From Lysobacterales bacterium (GTDB lineage: Bacteria; Pseudomonadota; Gammaproteobacteria; Xanthomonadales; UBA2363), in assembly GCA_019634735.1 (NCBI GenBank), contig JAHCAT010000001.1, positions 593,227-633,226 of the forward strand: a stretch of DNA of 40,000 nt. Reading direction: 5' to 3'. This document shows positions 25,179 to 35,069 of this stretch, piece by piece. Each line of letters begins with the position of its first letter. Positions within the stretch are counted from its first letter, which is position 1. Below the pieces are notes generated by a model. That model saw nothing but the letters and a program-made list of their open reading frames with translations, had not been told where the DNA came from and did no database searches. The translations under genes were made by a program, and so were the position numbers.

Positions 25179-25250
25179 GCTAACTTGATGTATGCGCCGG
25201 ATGCGGCGGATAAGGGGGAGTGTTCAGGGTTCGGGCGGGGCCGTCAATAG
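25179..25250 (-). other. attI region (recombination junction GTTAGC at 25179-25184), with a candidate Pc promoter
   Basis: The plus-strand gctaac at 25179-25184 is the attI/cassette-1 junction. On the minus strand, TTGACG (25242-25247), a 17-nt spacer and AACACT (25219-25224) form a weak sigma-70-like candidate. The extent of attI is not determinable by eye. Confidence 0.5.
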
Positions 25251-25344
25251 GAAATTTCCCACCTCGATACAGTGCTTTGGCTGACGACATGGGGGGTGCC
25301 AGTGGTCCAGGCTGCACCCGGATATCCATGCAAGGTGCTGGGGT

Positions 25345-26391
25345 ATGGCTTCTCGTGGCGGAACTGCCGGGGTATGCGGGCGCGGGCCGATGGCGCCGGA
25401 GGCGCGCAAACCCCGCCTGTTCGACGAAGTTCGCCGCTGCTTGCGGGTGCGGCACTACAGTCTGGCGACCGAGAAGTGCTACCTGCAATGGCTGCGCCGG
25501 TTCATCCTGGCCAACGGCAAGCGCCATCCCCGGGAGCTGGGCAAGGCCGAGGTCGAGGCCTTCCTGTCCGGCCTGGCGGTCGCGGGCAAGGTGGCGCCAA
25601 GCACCCAGAACCAGGCGCTGGCGGCGCTGCTGTTCGTTTACCGGCATGTGCTGGAACTGGATCTGCCCTGGCTGGACGGCGTGGTGCGGGCGCGCAGCCG
25701 GCAGCGGGTGCCGACGGTGCTGGCGCGCAGCGAGGTCGGGGCGCTGCTGCTGGCGATGGACGGCCGACCGTGGCTGCTGGCCAGCCTGCTCTACGGCACC
25801 GGCATGCGGCTGATGGAGTGCCTGCGCCTACGGATCAAGGACGTCGACTTTGCCCGCCACGAGATCACGGTGCGCCAGGGCAAGGGCGGCAAGGACCGGC
25901 ACACCGTGCTGCCGGCCACGCTGGTGCCGGCCCTGCACCTGGAAGTCCAGCGCGCGCTGCGCCTGCATGGCCACGACCTGGCGCGCGGGCTGGGCGAGGC
26001 AGCCCTGCCGCACGCGCTGGCGCGCAAATACCTTGGCGCCGCTCGCGAACCCGGTTGGCAGTTCGTGTTTCCCTCCGCCCGGCTGTCGCGCGATCCGCTC
26101 GACGGCACGCTGCGCCGCCACCATGTCGACGCCGCGGTTCTGGCGCGGGCCCTGCGCAAGGCCTGTCGCGCCGCCAACCTCGTCAAGCACGTCAGCGCGC
26201 ACACGCTTCGGCACAGCTTTGCCACCCACCTGCTCGAGGATGGCTACGACATCCGCACCGTGCAGGAGCTGCTTGGCCACAGCGATGTGGGCACCACCCA
26301 GATCTACACGCACGTGCTCAACCGGGGCGGGCGCGGGGTGGTGAGCCCACTGGATCGCACCAGCAGGCCTCTTTCACATTCGTCGGCTTGA
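25345..26391 (+). CDS. intI: integron integrase IntI (tyrosine recombinase)
   Basis: Conserved segments are KPRLFDEVRRCLRVRHYSLATEKCYLQWLRRFI, GTGMRLMECLRLRIKDVDF, the IntI-specific insert [52 protein letters not shown] and TQIYTHV. It is full length with no frameshift. An alternative start is at 25390 (MAPEARKPRL). Confidence 0.9.
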   Translation: MASRGGTAGVCGRGPMAPEARKPRLFDEVRRCLRVRHYSLATEKCYLQWLRRFILANGKRHPRELGKAEVEAFLSGLAVAGKVAPSTQNQALAALLFVYRHVLELDLPWLDGVVRARSRQRVPTVLARSEVGALLLAMDGRPWLLASLLYGTGMRLMECLRLRIKDVDFARHEITVRQGKGGKDRHTVLPATLVPALHLEVQRALRLHGHDLARGLGEAALPHALARKYLGAAREPGWQFVFPSARLSRDPLDGTLRRHHVDAAVLARALRKACRAANLVKHVSAHTLRHSFATHLLEDGYDIRTVQELLGHSDVGTTQIYTHVLNRGGRGVVSPLDRTSRPLSHSSA

Positions 26392-26422
26392 CAGACCTTT
26401 CGTGGCCTAGACACTATATGTC

Positions 26423-26710
26423 ATGTGGATCGTCATGGAGCGCCCTCAAGCCGACAAGGTCCTGTCATCCGGTCGCGTGCCGATCGACATTCTGAAGCGC
26501 TACGAAAAGTGGAAGGACATTGCGATGCTCTCGGGGCCGCAGGGGCTGCGAGCCATCAGGGGTTTCCGGGACGAAGCCCTGTTGGGCGAGTGGCGGGGCT
26601 TCCGCTCCTCCCGCCTCAACGAGAAGTGGCGGGTGATCTACGGCGTTCAGGCCGAAGTGCTTGTCGTCGAAGTGGTCAGGCTCGCCGCGCATGACTACCG
26701 GAGGAAGTGA
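26423..26710 (+). CDS. RelE/HigB-superfamily toxin
   Basis: The 95-aa ORF contains FRDEALLGEWRGFRSSRLNEKWRVIYGVQAEVLVVEVVRLAAHDY, typical of RelE/HigB-type mRNA interferases. A perfect TTGACA (26388-26393) overlaps the intI stop, and TATATG is at 26415-26420. An alternative start is at 26435. Confidence 0.75.
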   Translation: MWIVMERPQADKVLSSGRVPIDILKRYEKWKDIAMLSGPQGLRAIRGFRDEALLGEWRGFRSSRLNEKWRVIYGVQAEVLVVEVVRLAAHDYRRK

Positions 26711-26711
26711 T

Positions 26712-26966
26712 ATGGCCAGATTGATTCCTGCAAGACGCCGCGTCGAGGTCACACCAGGTGAGTCGCTGCGGATCATCCGGGAACTTCAGGAGCTCAGCCA
26801 GACACAACTGTCGGCGTTGTGCGGCATTCCACAAACCACGATCTCGAGCATCGAGAACGGCCGGGTGAACCTGGGGGTGGAACGCGCCAAGGTGCTGGCC
26901 AGGGCGTTGCGCTGCCATCCGGCGGTGCTGGTGTTCCCCGGGTGGCAGGTGGATTCTGCTGCTTGA
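26712..26966 (+). CDS. XRE-family HTH antitoxin (HigA-like)
   Basis: ORF 26661..26966 trimmed to the ATG at 26712, which is 1 nt after the toxin stop. The HTH is LSQTQLSALCGIPQTTISSIENGRVNLGVERAKVLARAL. Confidence 0.75.
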   Translation: MARLIPARRRVEVTPGESLRIIRELQELSQTQLSALCGIPQTTISSIENGRVNLGVERAKVLARALRCHPAVLVFPGWQVDSAA

Positions 26967-27067
26967 GGGTGCTTGCGCTATTGGCGTCAGAGCACGCTTT
27001 CCCCGTGGCAGCTCCGGCAAGCGCGGTGGACCACGGTGCAAAACGTGGTCTGACCCCTGGCGGCTAA

Positions 27068-27211
27068 GACATCCGCACGGTGCAGGAACTGCTCGGCCAC
27101 GCCGACGCGTCGCCCACGCAGATCTACACGCATGTGCTCGATCGCGGCGGGCGCGGGGTGCGCAGTCCGCTGGACGGGGTGTCCCCGATGCCCTCGGTCC
27201 CAGCCTGTTGA
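27068..27211 (+). pseudogene. relic 3-prime end of a second integron integrase gene
   Basis: It translates to [37 protein letters not shown]..., parallel to [37 protein letters not shown] at the end of the intact intI. It is preceded in frame by TAA, and no upstream integrase sequence is present. Confidence 0.8.
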
Positions 27212-27240
27212 GCGGGTGGAGGTCCGGCTTCGCTCGCTTG

Positions 27241-27284
27241 CCCTCTCCCCCGGCCCCTCCCCCGCAGGCGGGGGAGGGGAGAAG
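27241..27284. repeat. GC-rich palindromic REP element (copy B, inverted relative to copy A)
   Basis: The sequence is ccctctcccccggCCCCTCCCCCGcaggCGGGGGAGGGGagaag. Confidence 0.85.
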
Positions 27285-27399
27285 TGGGGTGCTCCGGCGG
27301 GTCGGGGCAGCGCCCGTCCCCGGTGGGCGGTGTGCAGCCGCTGAAGCCTGCGCGTGGTGGGATGCGGTGTCGGCCCTCGCAGCGCACGCCGTGGGCGGA

Positions 27400-27948
27400 T
27401 CAGCCGGGGCTGCCGAGCAGCCGGCTAGCCATCCGCCGCAGCGAGTCGTCGAAGCCGGCGTCGTCGGCGACCTGGCGCAGCGGCCACCAGGCCAGGTCGT
27501 TGGATTCCGGGCCGACCACGAAGTCCTCGCCGGCGGTGGCCTGGACCAGGAAGCGGACGTCGTAGTGCCAGTGGCCGGGTTCGCTGCCGCGTTCGGGGAT
27601 CCAGTGGCGGTCGAGGTCGAGCAGGCCGGGGTGCAGGTGCAGGCCGGCCAGGCCGGTTTCCTCCTCGGCCTCGCGCAGGGCGACGCGGGCCAGGTCGGCA
27701 TCGCCGTCGGCGTGGCCGCCGGGTTGCAGCCAGCGGCCCAGCTTGCGGTGGTGGGTGAGCAGGGTGCGCTGGCCGTCGGCGCTGACCACCAGGGCCGAGC
27801 CGGTGAAGTGGCCCTGGGCCGGGCAGCGCGCGAAGGCGCCAGCGTCGGCGGCTGCCAGGCGCGTACGAAACAGGGCGACGGTGTCGGCGGCCCCGGGGTG
27901 GCGGGCGGCGAAGGCGGCGAGCTCGCTGGCGAAATCGAAAGGAGGCAT
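27400..27948 (-). CDS. NUDIX hydrolase
   Basis: ORF trimmed to the ATG at 27946-27948 (MPPFDFASEL...). The Nudix box is GGHADGDADLARVALREAEEETGL. Confidence 0.8.
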   Translation of the reverse strand: MPPFDFASELAAFAARHPGAADTVALFRTRLAAADAGAFARCPAQGHFTGSALVVSADGQRTLLTHHRKLGRWLQPGGHADGDADLARVALREAEEETGLAGLHLHPGLLDLDRHWIPERGSEPGHWHYDVRFLVQATAGEDFVVGPESNDLAWWPLRQVADDAGFDDSLRRMASRLLGSPG

Positions 27949-27970
27949 GGGGTTGGGACGGGGCTTGATG

Positions 27971-27998
27971 GGGACCGGGGACCGGGGACCGGGGACCG
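27971..27998. repeat. heptamer tandem repeat (GGGACCG) x4
   Basis: Four exact units are read directly. They lie in the divergent NUDIX / nhaC intergenic region. The reverse complement, CCCGGTC-type, relates them to the CCCGATC repeats. Confidence 0.85.
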
Positions 27999-28174
27999 GG
28001 TGGAGCGTTGCGCATTCTGGCGTGGGGCGGTGGGTTGCGGGAAGGTCGGACAGGCCGCGGGTAGGGCGCGCGGCGGCGCTGGTGCGCGCCAGAATTCGTG
28101 CGGCGCAGCAGGGGTCGGGTTTGGCGGGTGGGGGCTGGCGGCCGTACACTCCGGCGACTTCTGGGGAGGACCGG

Positions 28175-29617
28175 ATGCGCAAGCCCACGCTGTTGCAGGC
28201 CCTGGTGCCGCTGTTCGTTCTTGTGGTTCTGCTGGTGCTGTCGGTGCGGCTGTTCGGCGACGGGTCTTCGGGCGGGCCGAACCAGATCGCCCTGCTGATG
28301 GCGGCCGGCGCGGCCATGCTGGTGGCCCTGCGCAACGGCCTGCGCTATGCCGACATGCAGCTTGCGGTGGTCAAGGGCGTGTCGCTGACGACCACGGCGA
28401 TCTTCATCCTGCTGGCGGTCGGCGCGCTGATCGGCGCCTGGATCCTCTCCGGCACGGTGCCGGCGCTGATCTACTACGGCATGAAGCTGCTGCACCCGAG
28501 CTGGTTCTACCCGGCGGTGTGCCTGATCTGCGCCCTGGTCGCGCTGTCGATCGGCAGTTCCTGGACGGTCGCCGGCACCATCGGCGTGGCCCTGATGGGC
28601 GTCGCCCTGGGCCTGGGCCTGGACCCGGCGATCGCCGCCGGCGCGGTGATCTCCGGCGCCTACTTCGGCGACAAGATGTCGCCGCTGTCGGACACCACCA
28701 ACCTGGCGCCGGCCTCGGCGGGCAGCGAGCTGTTCAGCCATATCCGGCACATGACCTGGACCACCCTGCCCGGCTTCGCGGCGGCCCTGCTGATCTTCAC
28801 CGGCATCGGCCTCAGCCAGGCCGGCCAGGGCGACACCGGCGCGCTGGAGCCGCTGCTGGCGGCGCTGGACGCGCGCTTCGACATCGGCGTGCACCTGCTG
28901 CTGCCGCTGCTGGTGCTGCTGGTGATGGCGGTGCGCAAGGTGCCGGCGTTCCCGACCATCGCCATCGGCGCCCTGCTCGGCGCGGTGTTCGCGGTGCTGT
29001 TCCAGCGCGAGGCGGTGCTGGCCCTGGCCGGCGTCAACAGCGACAACACCGCCCTGCAACTGGTCGGCGGCGCCTGGCGCTCGCTGTTCGACGGCTATTC
29101 GGCCGACTCCGGCGATTCGATGCTGGACAGCCTGCTCAACCGCGGCGGCATGGCCAGCATGCTGCCGACCATCTGGCTGATCGTCTGCGCGATGGCGTTC
29201 GGCGCCTGCATGGAGCGCGCCGGCCTGCTCGACCGCATCGTCGAGTCGATCCTGCGCGCGGTGCGCGGCCCGGGCTCGCTGGTGGTGGCCACCATCCTGA
29301 CCGCGATCGGCGTCAACGTGATCGCCTCCGACCAGTACATCGCCATCGTCCTGCCCGGCCGCCTGTACCGCCTGGAGTTCGACCGTCAGGGCCTGGAGCC
29401 GGTCAACCTGTCGCGCGCCATCGAGGACGGCGGCACCCTGACCTCGGCCCTGGTGCCCTGGAACACCTGCGGCGCCTACATGGCGGCGACCCTGGGCGTG
29501 GCGACGCTGGACTACCTGCCGTACGCCTTCTTCAACTGGATCACGCCGATCATCGCCATGGCCATGGCCGTGGTCGGCTACAAGCTGCTGCGCAAGCCGG
29601 TGGCGGTGCGGGCCTGA
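28175..29617 (+). CDS. nhaC: NhaC-family Na+/H+ antiporter
   Basis: ORF 27743..29617 trimmed to the ATG at 28175, after GGGGAGGA. The polytopic protein contains SIGSSWTVAGTIGVALMGVA, GAYFGDKMSPLSDTTNLA and ALVPWNTCGAYMAATLGV, typical of NhaC. Confidence 0.8.
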   Translation: MRKPTLLQALVPLFVLVVLLVLSVRLFGDGSSGGPNQIALLMAAGAAMLVALRNGLRYADMQLAVVKGVSLTTTAIFILLAVGALIGAWILSGTVPALIYYGMKLLHPSWFYPAVCLICALVALSIGSSWTVAGTIGVALMGVALGLGLDPAIAAGAVISGAYFGDKMSPLSDTTNLAPASAGSELFSHIRHMTWTTLPGFAAALLIFTGIGLSQAGQGDTGALEPLLAALDARFDIGVHLLLPLLVLLVMAVRKVPAFPTIAIGALLGAVFAVLFQREAVLALAGVNSDNTALQLVGGAWRSLFDGYSADSGDSMLDSLLNRGGMASMLPTIWLIVCAMAFGACMERAGLLDRIVESILRAVRGPGSLVVATILTAIGVNVIASDQYIAIVLPGRLYRLEFDRQGLEPVNLSRAIEDGGTLTSALVPWNTCGAYMAATLGVATLDYLPYAFFNWITPIIAMAMAVVGYKLLRKPVAVRA

Positions 29618-29681
29618 GCCCGCCCTGCCCCTTCCTGCGCATGCGTCGTCGTCCCCTCCTTTTTCGGCACACCTGACTGGC

Positions 29682-31034
29682 ATGGACAAGAACTCGATCC
29701 ACGGCATGTGGTCCTCGCGCATGGCCTTCGTGCTGGCCGCCACCGGCTCGGCGGTGGGCCTGGGCAACATCTGGCGCTTCCCCTACATGACCTCGGACAA
29801 CGGCGGCAGCGCCTTCGTCCTGGTCTACCTGGCCTGCATCGCCCTGGTCGGCCTGCCGATCCTGATGGCCGAGATCCTGATCGGCCGGCGCGGCCGGATG
29901 AGCCCGATCAACAGCCTGGCCAAGGTGACCGCGGATTCCGGCGCCCGCCGTGGCTGGGTGGGCCTGGGCTGGATCGGCATCATCGCCGGCATCCTGATCC
30001 TGAGCTTCTACAGCGTGGTCGCGGGCTGGACGCTGTCGTACACATGGTCGTACCTGGGGCAGCTGTTCGGCGGCGAACGGATCACCGACCCGGGCGCCAC
30101 CTTCGGCGGTCTGCTGGGCGATGCCTGGGCGCTGACCGGCTGGCACGGCCTGTTCATGGTGATGACCCTGGCGGTGGTCGCGCTCGGCGTCGAGAAGGGG
30201 CTGGAGCGCGCGGTCAAGGTGCTGATGCCGGCCCTGTTCGTGCTGCTGCTGGTGCTGGTCGGCTACGGTCTCACCACCGGCCACTTCGGCACCGCGCTGG
30301 GCTTTTTGTTCAAGCCGGACTTCTCGGAGATCGACGGCGGCGTGTTCCTGGCGGCGATGGGCCAGGCGTTCTTCAGCCTCAGCCTGGGCATGTGCACGAT
30401 GATGGCCTACGGCGCCTACCTGCCGCGCGGCATCTCGATCCCGCGCATCGGCGTCACCGTGGCGCTGGCCGACACCGGCGTCGCCCTGCTCGCCGGCATG
30501 GCGATCTTCCCGATCGTGATCGCCTTCGGCATCAATCCGGCCGGTGGCGGACCGGGCCTGATCTTCACCTCGCTGCCGCTGGCCTTCAACACCATGCCGC
30601 TGGGCCTGCTGTACGGCCTGCTGTTCTTCCTGCTGCTGTCGTTCGCTGCCTGGACCTCGTCGATCTCGCTGATGGAGCCGGCCACCGCCTTCCTGGTCGA
30701 GCGCACCCGGATGACCCGGCGCCAGGCGGCGCTCGGCATCGGCCTTTTGTGCTGGGTGCTGGGCCTGGCCTCGGTGCTGGGCTTCAACCACTGGTCGCAC
30801 GTGCGCCTGTGGGGTCTGGAGATCATGGACTTCGTGGCCAAGGTCGCCAACGACATCATGCTGCCGCTGGGCGGCCTGCTGATCGCGCTGTTTGCCGGCT
30901 GGGCGGTACGTACCAGCCTGCTGCGCGAGGAACTGCCGGAGCTGTCCGACGGCCTGTTCACCGCCTGGCGCTGGCTGCTGCGCGTGGTCTCGCCGGCCCT
31001 GGTGGTGATCGTCCTGGTGCGCGCCTTCCTGTAA
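29682..31034 (+). CDS. sodium-dependent transporter, SNF/NSS family
   Basis: The N-terminus WSSRMAFVLAATGSAVGLGNIWRFPYMTSDNGGSAFVLVYL is the NSS signature. The protein is 450 aa and polytopic. Confidence 0.85.
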   Translation: MDKNSIHGMWSSRMAFVLAATGSAVGLGNIWRFPYMTSDNGGSAFVLVYLACIALVGLPILMAEILIGRRGRMSPINSLAKVTADSGARRGWVGLGWIGIIAGILILSFYSVVAGWTLSYTWSYLGQLFGGERITDPGATFGGLLGDAWALTGWHGLFMVMTLAVVALGVEKGLERAVKVLMPALFVLLLVLVGYGLTTGHFGTALGFLFKPDFSEIDGGVFLAAMGQAFFSLSLGMCTMMAYGAYLPRGISIPRIGVTVALADTGVALLAGMAIFPIVIAFGINPAGGGPGLIFTSLPLAFNTMPLGLLYGLLFFLLLSFAAWTSSISLMEPATAFLVERTRMTRRQAALGIGLLCWVLGLASVLGFNHWSHVRLWGLEIMDFVAKVANDIMLPLGGLLIALFAGWAVRTSLLREELPELSDGLFTAWRWLLRVVSPALVVIVLVRAFL

Positions 31035-31103
31035 GCCGCACGGCCAGCAGCGGCGACTCGCGTCGCGCGCTCTGGCACCCGCGATCGCCGAAGCACAGCA
31101 CGT

Positions 31104-31130
31104 CTCCCCTCTCCTACCTGCTGGGAGGGG
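31104..31130. repeat. degenerate REP element copy
   Basis: The sequence is tctcccctctcctacctgctgggagggg. It shares the flank gcacagcacgtct with copies A and D. Confidence 0.5.
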
Positions 31131-31199
31131 CGACGGAAAGGAGCCCCCGGCCAGCGCGCAGCACTGGCCGTCGACGGTGCGGATCACGGCAAGCCCCGG

Positions 31200-31243
31200 C
31201 CCTCTCCCCCGGCCCCTCCCCCGCAGGCGGGGGAGGGGAGAAG
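31200..31243. repeat. GC-rich palindromic REP element (copy C)
   Basis: The sequence is ccctctcccccggCCCCTCCCCCGcaggCGGGGGAGGGGagaag, nearly identical to copy B. Confidence 0.85.
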
Positions 31244-31357
31244 TGCGGCGTCGTCGCACGGGCGGCACGCGCTTGGCAGAGGGCTGAGCGACGACGCTGA
31301 TCAGGCCTGCCTGAGCGAGAGCGGAGCAGGGCGCGCCTCACCCATCGATCCCGCTGT

Positions 31358-31682
31358 CCCGATCCGTCTTCCCGATCCGTCTTCCCGATCCGTCTTCCCG
31401 ATCCGTCTTCCCGATCCGTCTTCCCGATTCGTCTTCCCGATTCGTCTTCCCGATTCGTCTTCCCGATTCGTCTTCCCGATTCGTCTTCCCGATTCGTCTT
31501 CCCGATCCGTCTTCCCGATCCGTCTTTCCGATCCGTCTTCCCGATTCGTCTTCCCGATTCGTCTTCCCGATTCGTCTTCCCGATCCGTCTTCCCGATCCG
31601 TCTTCCCGATCCGTCTTCCCGATCCGTCTTCCCGATCCGTCTTCCCGATCCGTCTTCCCGATCCGTCGTACCGATCCGTCGT
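31358..31682. repeat. 13-bp tandem repeat, 25 units (CCCGATYCGTCTT)
   Basis: I counted the units individually. The order is 5 C-type, 6 T-type, 3 C-type (one starting with T), 3 T-type, 6 C-type, then 2 variant units ending in CGT. A degenerate unit follows. Confidence 0.9.
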
Positions 31683-31745
31683 ACCGATGCTAGGTCGCGA
31701 TCCGGGAACGCTGCACTTCGTCACCGGACTCGCCGCGGCACAGCA

Positions 31746-31788
31746 CTTCTCCCCTCCCCCGCCTGCGGGGGAGGGGCGGGGGAGAGGG
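31746..31788. repeat. GC-rich palindromic REP element (copy D, inverted relative to copy C)
   Basis: The sequence is cttctCCCCTCCCCCGcctgCGGGGGAGGGGcgggggagaggg. Confidence 0.85.
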
Positions 31789-31914
31789 CTGCCGCAGGCA
31801 GCGCGTGAGGTCGGGGCTTGCCGAGTTCCGCGGGGTTCGCAGCGACCAGGCCGTCGCCCGCCCTGAACACCCGCCTGGGGTTTCGCGTCGTGATGCCCGG
31901 CTGCCGCGACAGAC

Positions 31915-34304
<2,390 letters not shown>

Positions 34305-34308
<4 letters not shown>

Positions 34309-34946
34309 GGTGCCCCGGCGGGCGGAGCGCCTTCCAGCGCCCGGTACAGCCAGGCGCGCGCGGCGCGGAAGTCGCGGTCCAGGGTGGCACGCGAGGCGCC
34401 CAGCAACTCGCCGATGGCGGCGAATTCCAATCCCGCGAACACCCGCAGCTCGACCACCCGGGCCTTGCGCGGATCGATCGCCTCCAGTCCGGCCAGCGCC
34501 TGGTCGAGCGCCAGCAAGTCGATGTCCGGGCCCGGCGTCGCCAGGCCCAGGGCGCTGAGCGTCACCCGCTCGCCGCCATCGCGCTTCTCGGCCTTGCGCG
34601 CCCGCGCGTGGTCGACCAGCACCTGGCGCATCACCCGCCCGGCCAGGGCCAGCAGGTGGTCGCGGTCGCGCAGCGGCGTGGCGACGCCGCCGAGCAGGCG
34701 CAGCCAGGCCTCGTGCACCAGGGCGGTGGGCTGCCAGGTGGCGACGCCGTCGCGCTCGCGCCGCAATTGCCGCCCTGCCAGCGCCCGCAATTGCGCGTAG
34801 ACCTGCGGCCACAGCGCGTCCAGCGCCCCGGGCTCGCCGGCCTGCCAGCGCCGGACCAGCGCGGTGACGGATGACTCGGTGTCCAAGATCGTGCGCCCCC
34901 CTGCGCGCGGCCCGCAAATGATAGCCGCGCACCTGCGCTGAGACAT
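34305..34946 (-). CDS. ECF-type sigma-70 family factor (Sigma70_ECF / kinase-associated type)
   Basis: This is the C-terminal part of ORF 34305..35813. It contains VTALVRRWQAGEPGALDALWPQVYAQLRALA, ALVHEAWLRL and region 4 VVELRVFAGLEFAAIGELLGASRATLDRDFRAARAWL. Its stop overlaps the kinase ATG (ATGA). The start is the ATG at 34946 or the TTG at 34886. Confidence 0.75.
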
Positions 34947-35069
34947 TGACGGCCGTCTCTGCGCAGTACCCGGTGGACGGTCGCGGCTCCCTCCACGACC
35001 GCCCCGCCCGGCCGTCCCTCCAGGCGGCCGGGCACCTCCCTTCACTTCAGGCAGCTCGGAGCCTTCGCC

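Larger units (their letters stand above)
17690..26391. mobile_element. integron: intI + attI + 10 gene cassettes
   Basis: IntI sits on the + strand. Ten minus-strand ORF units are each followed by an attC with RYYYAAC/GTTRRRY cores. GC is lower than in the flanks. Confidence 0.9.

Noticed and set aside
17650-25200. The low-GC block as a prophage or integrative element.
   Set aside because: It has no phage structural, terminase, replication or tyrosine-integrase/tRNA-attachment features. Cassettes, attC sites and IntI fully explain the organisation.
25185-25344. A LexA/SOS box in the attI-intI intergenic region (integron integrases are often SOS-regulated).
   Set aside because: I could not recognise by eye either a CTGT-N8-ACAG box or the Xanthomonas-type box I recall (TTAG-N6-TACTA). 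Absence cannot be established without a proper motif scan, so I make no claim.
25220-26495. Alternative-frame ORFs across intI (25220..25813, 25272..26495, 25828..26313 and others).
   Set aside because: The 25345..26391 frame carries every IntI signature. The others are GC-driven.
27040-27068. The sequence gtctgacccctggcgg next to the intI relic breakpoint as another copy of the CTGACCCCGG REP core.
   Set aside because: Only about 8 nt match (ctgacccc), which is too short to distinguish from chance in this GC-rich DNA.
27208-31300. Long ORFs 27208..29676 (+), 27425..29770 (-), 29550..31268 (-) and 29708..31300 (+).
   Set aside because: These are shadow frames of the NhaC and SNF transporter genes. 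Their composition is dominated by R, G, P and A. The real frames give textbook polytopic transporter sequences.
31358-31682. The 13-bp repeat as a CRISPR or a coding collagen-like repeat.
   Set aside because: The units are head to tail with no spacers, and a 13-nt period is incompatible with a simple coding repeat.
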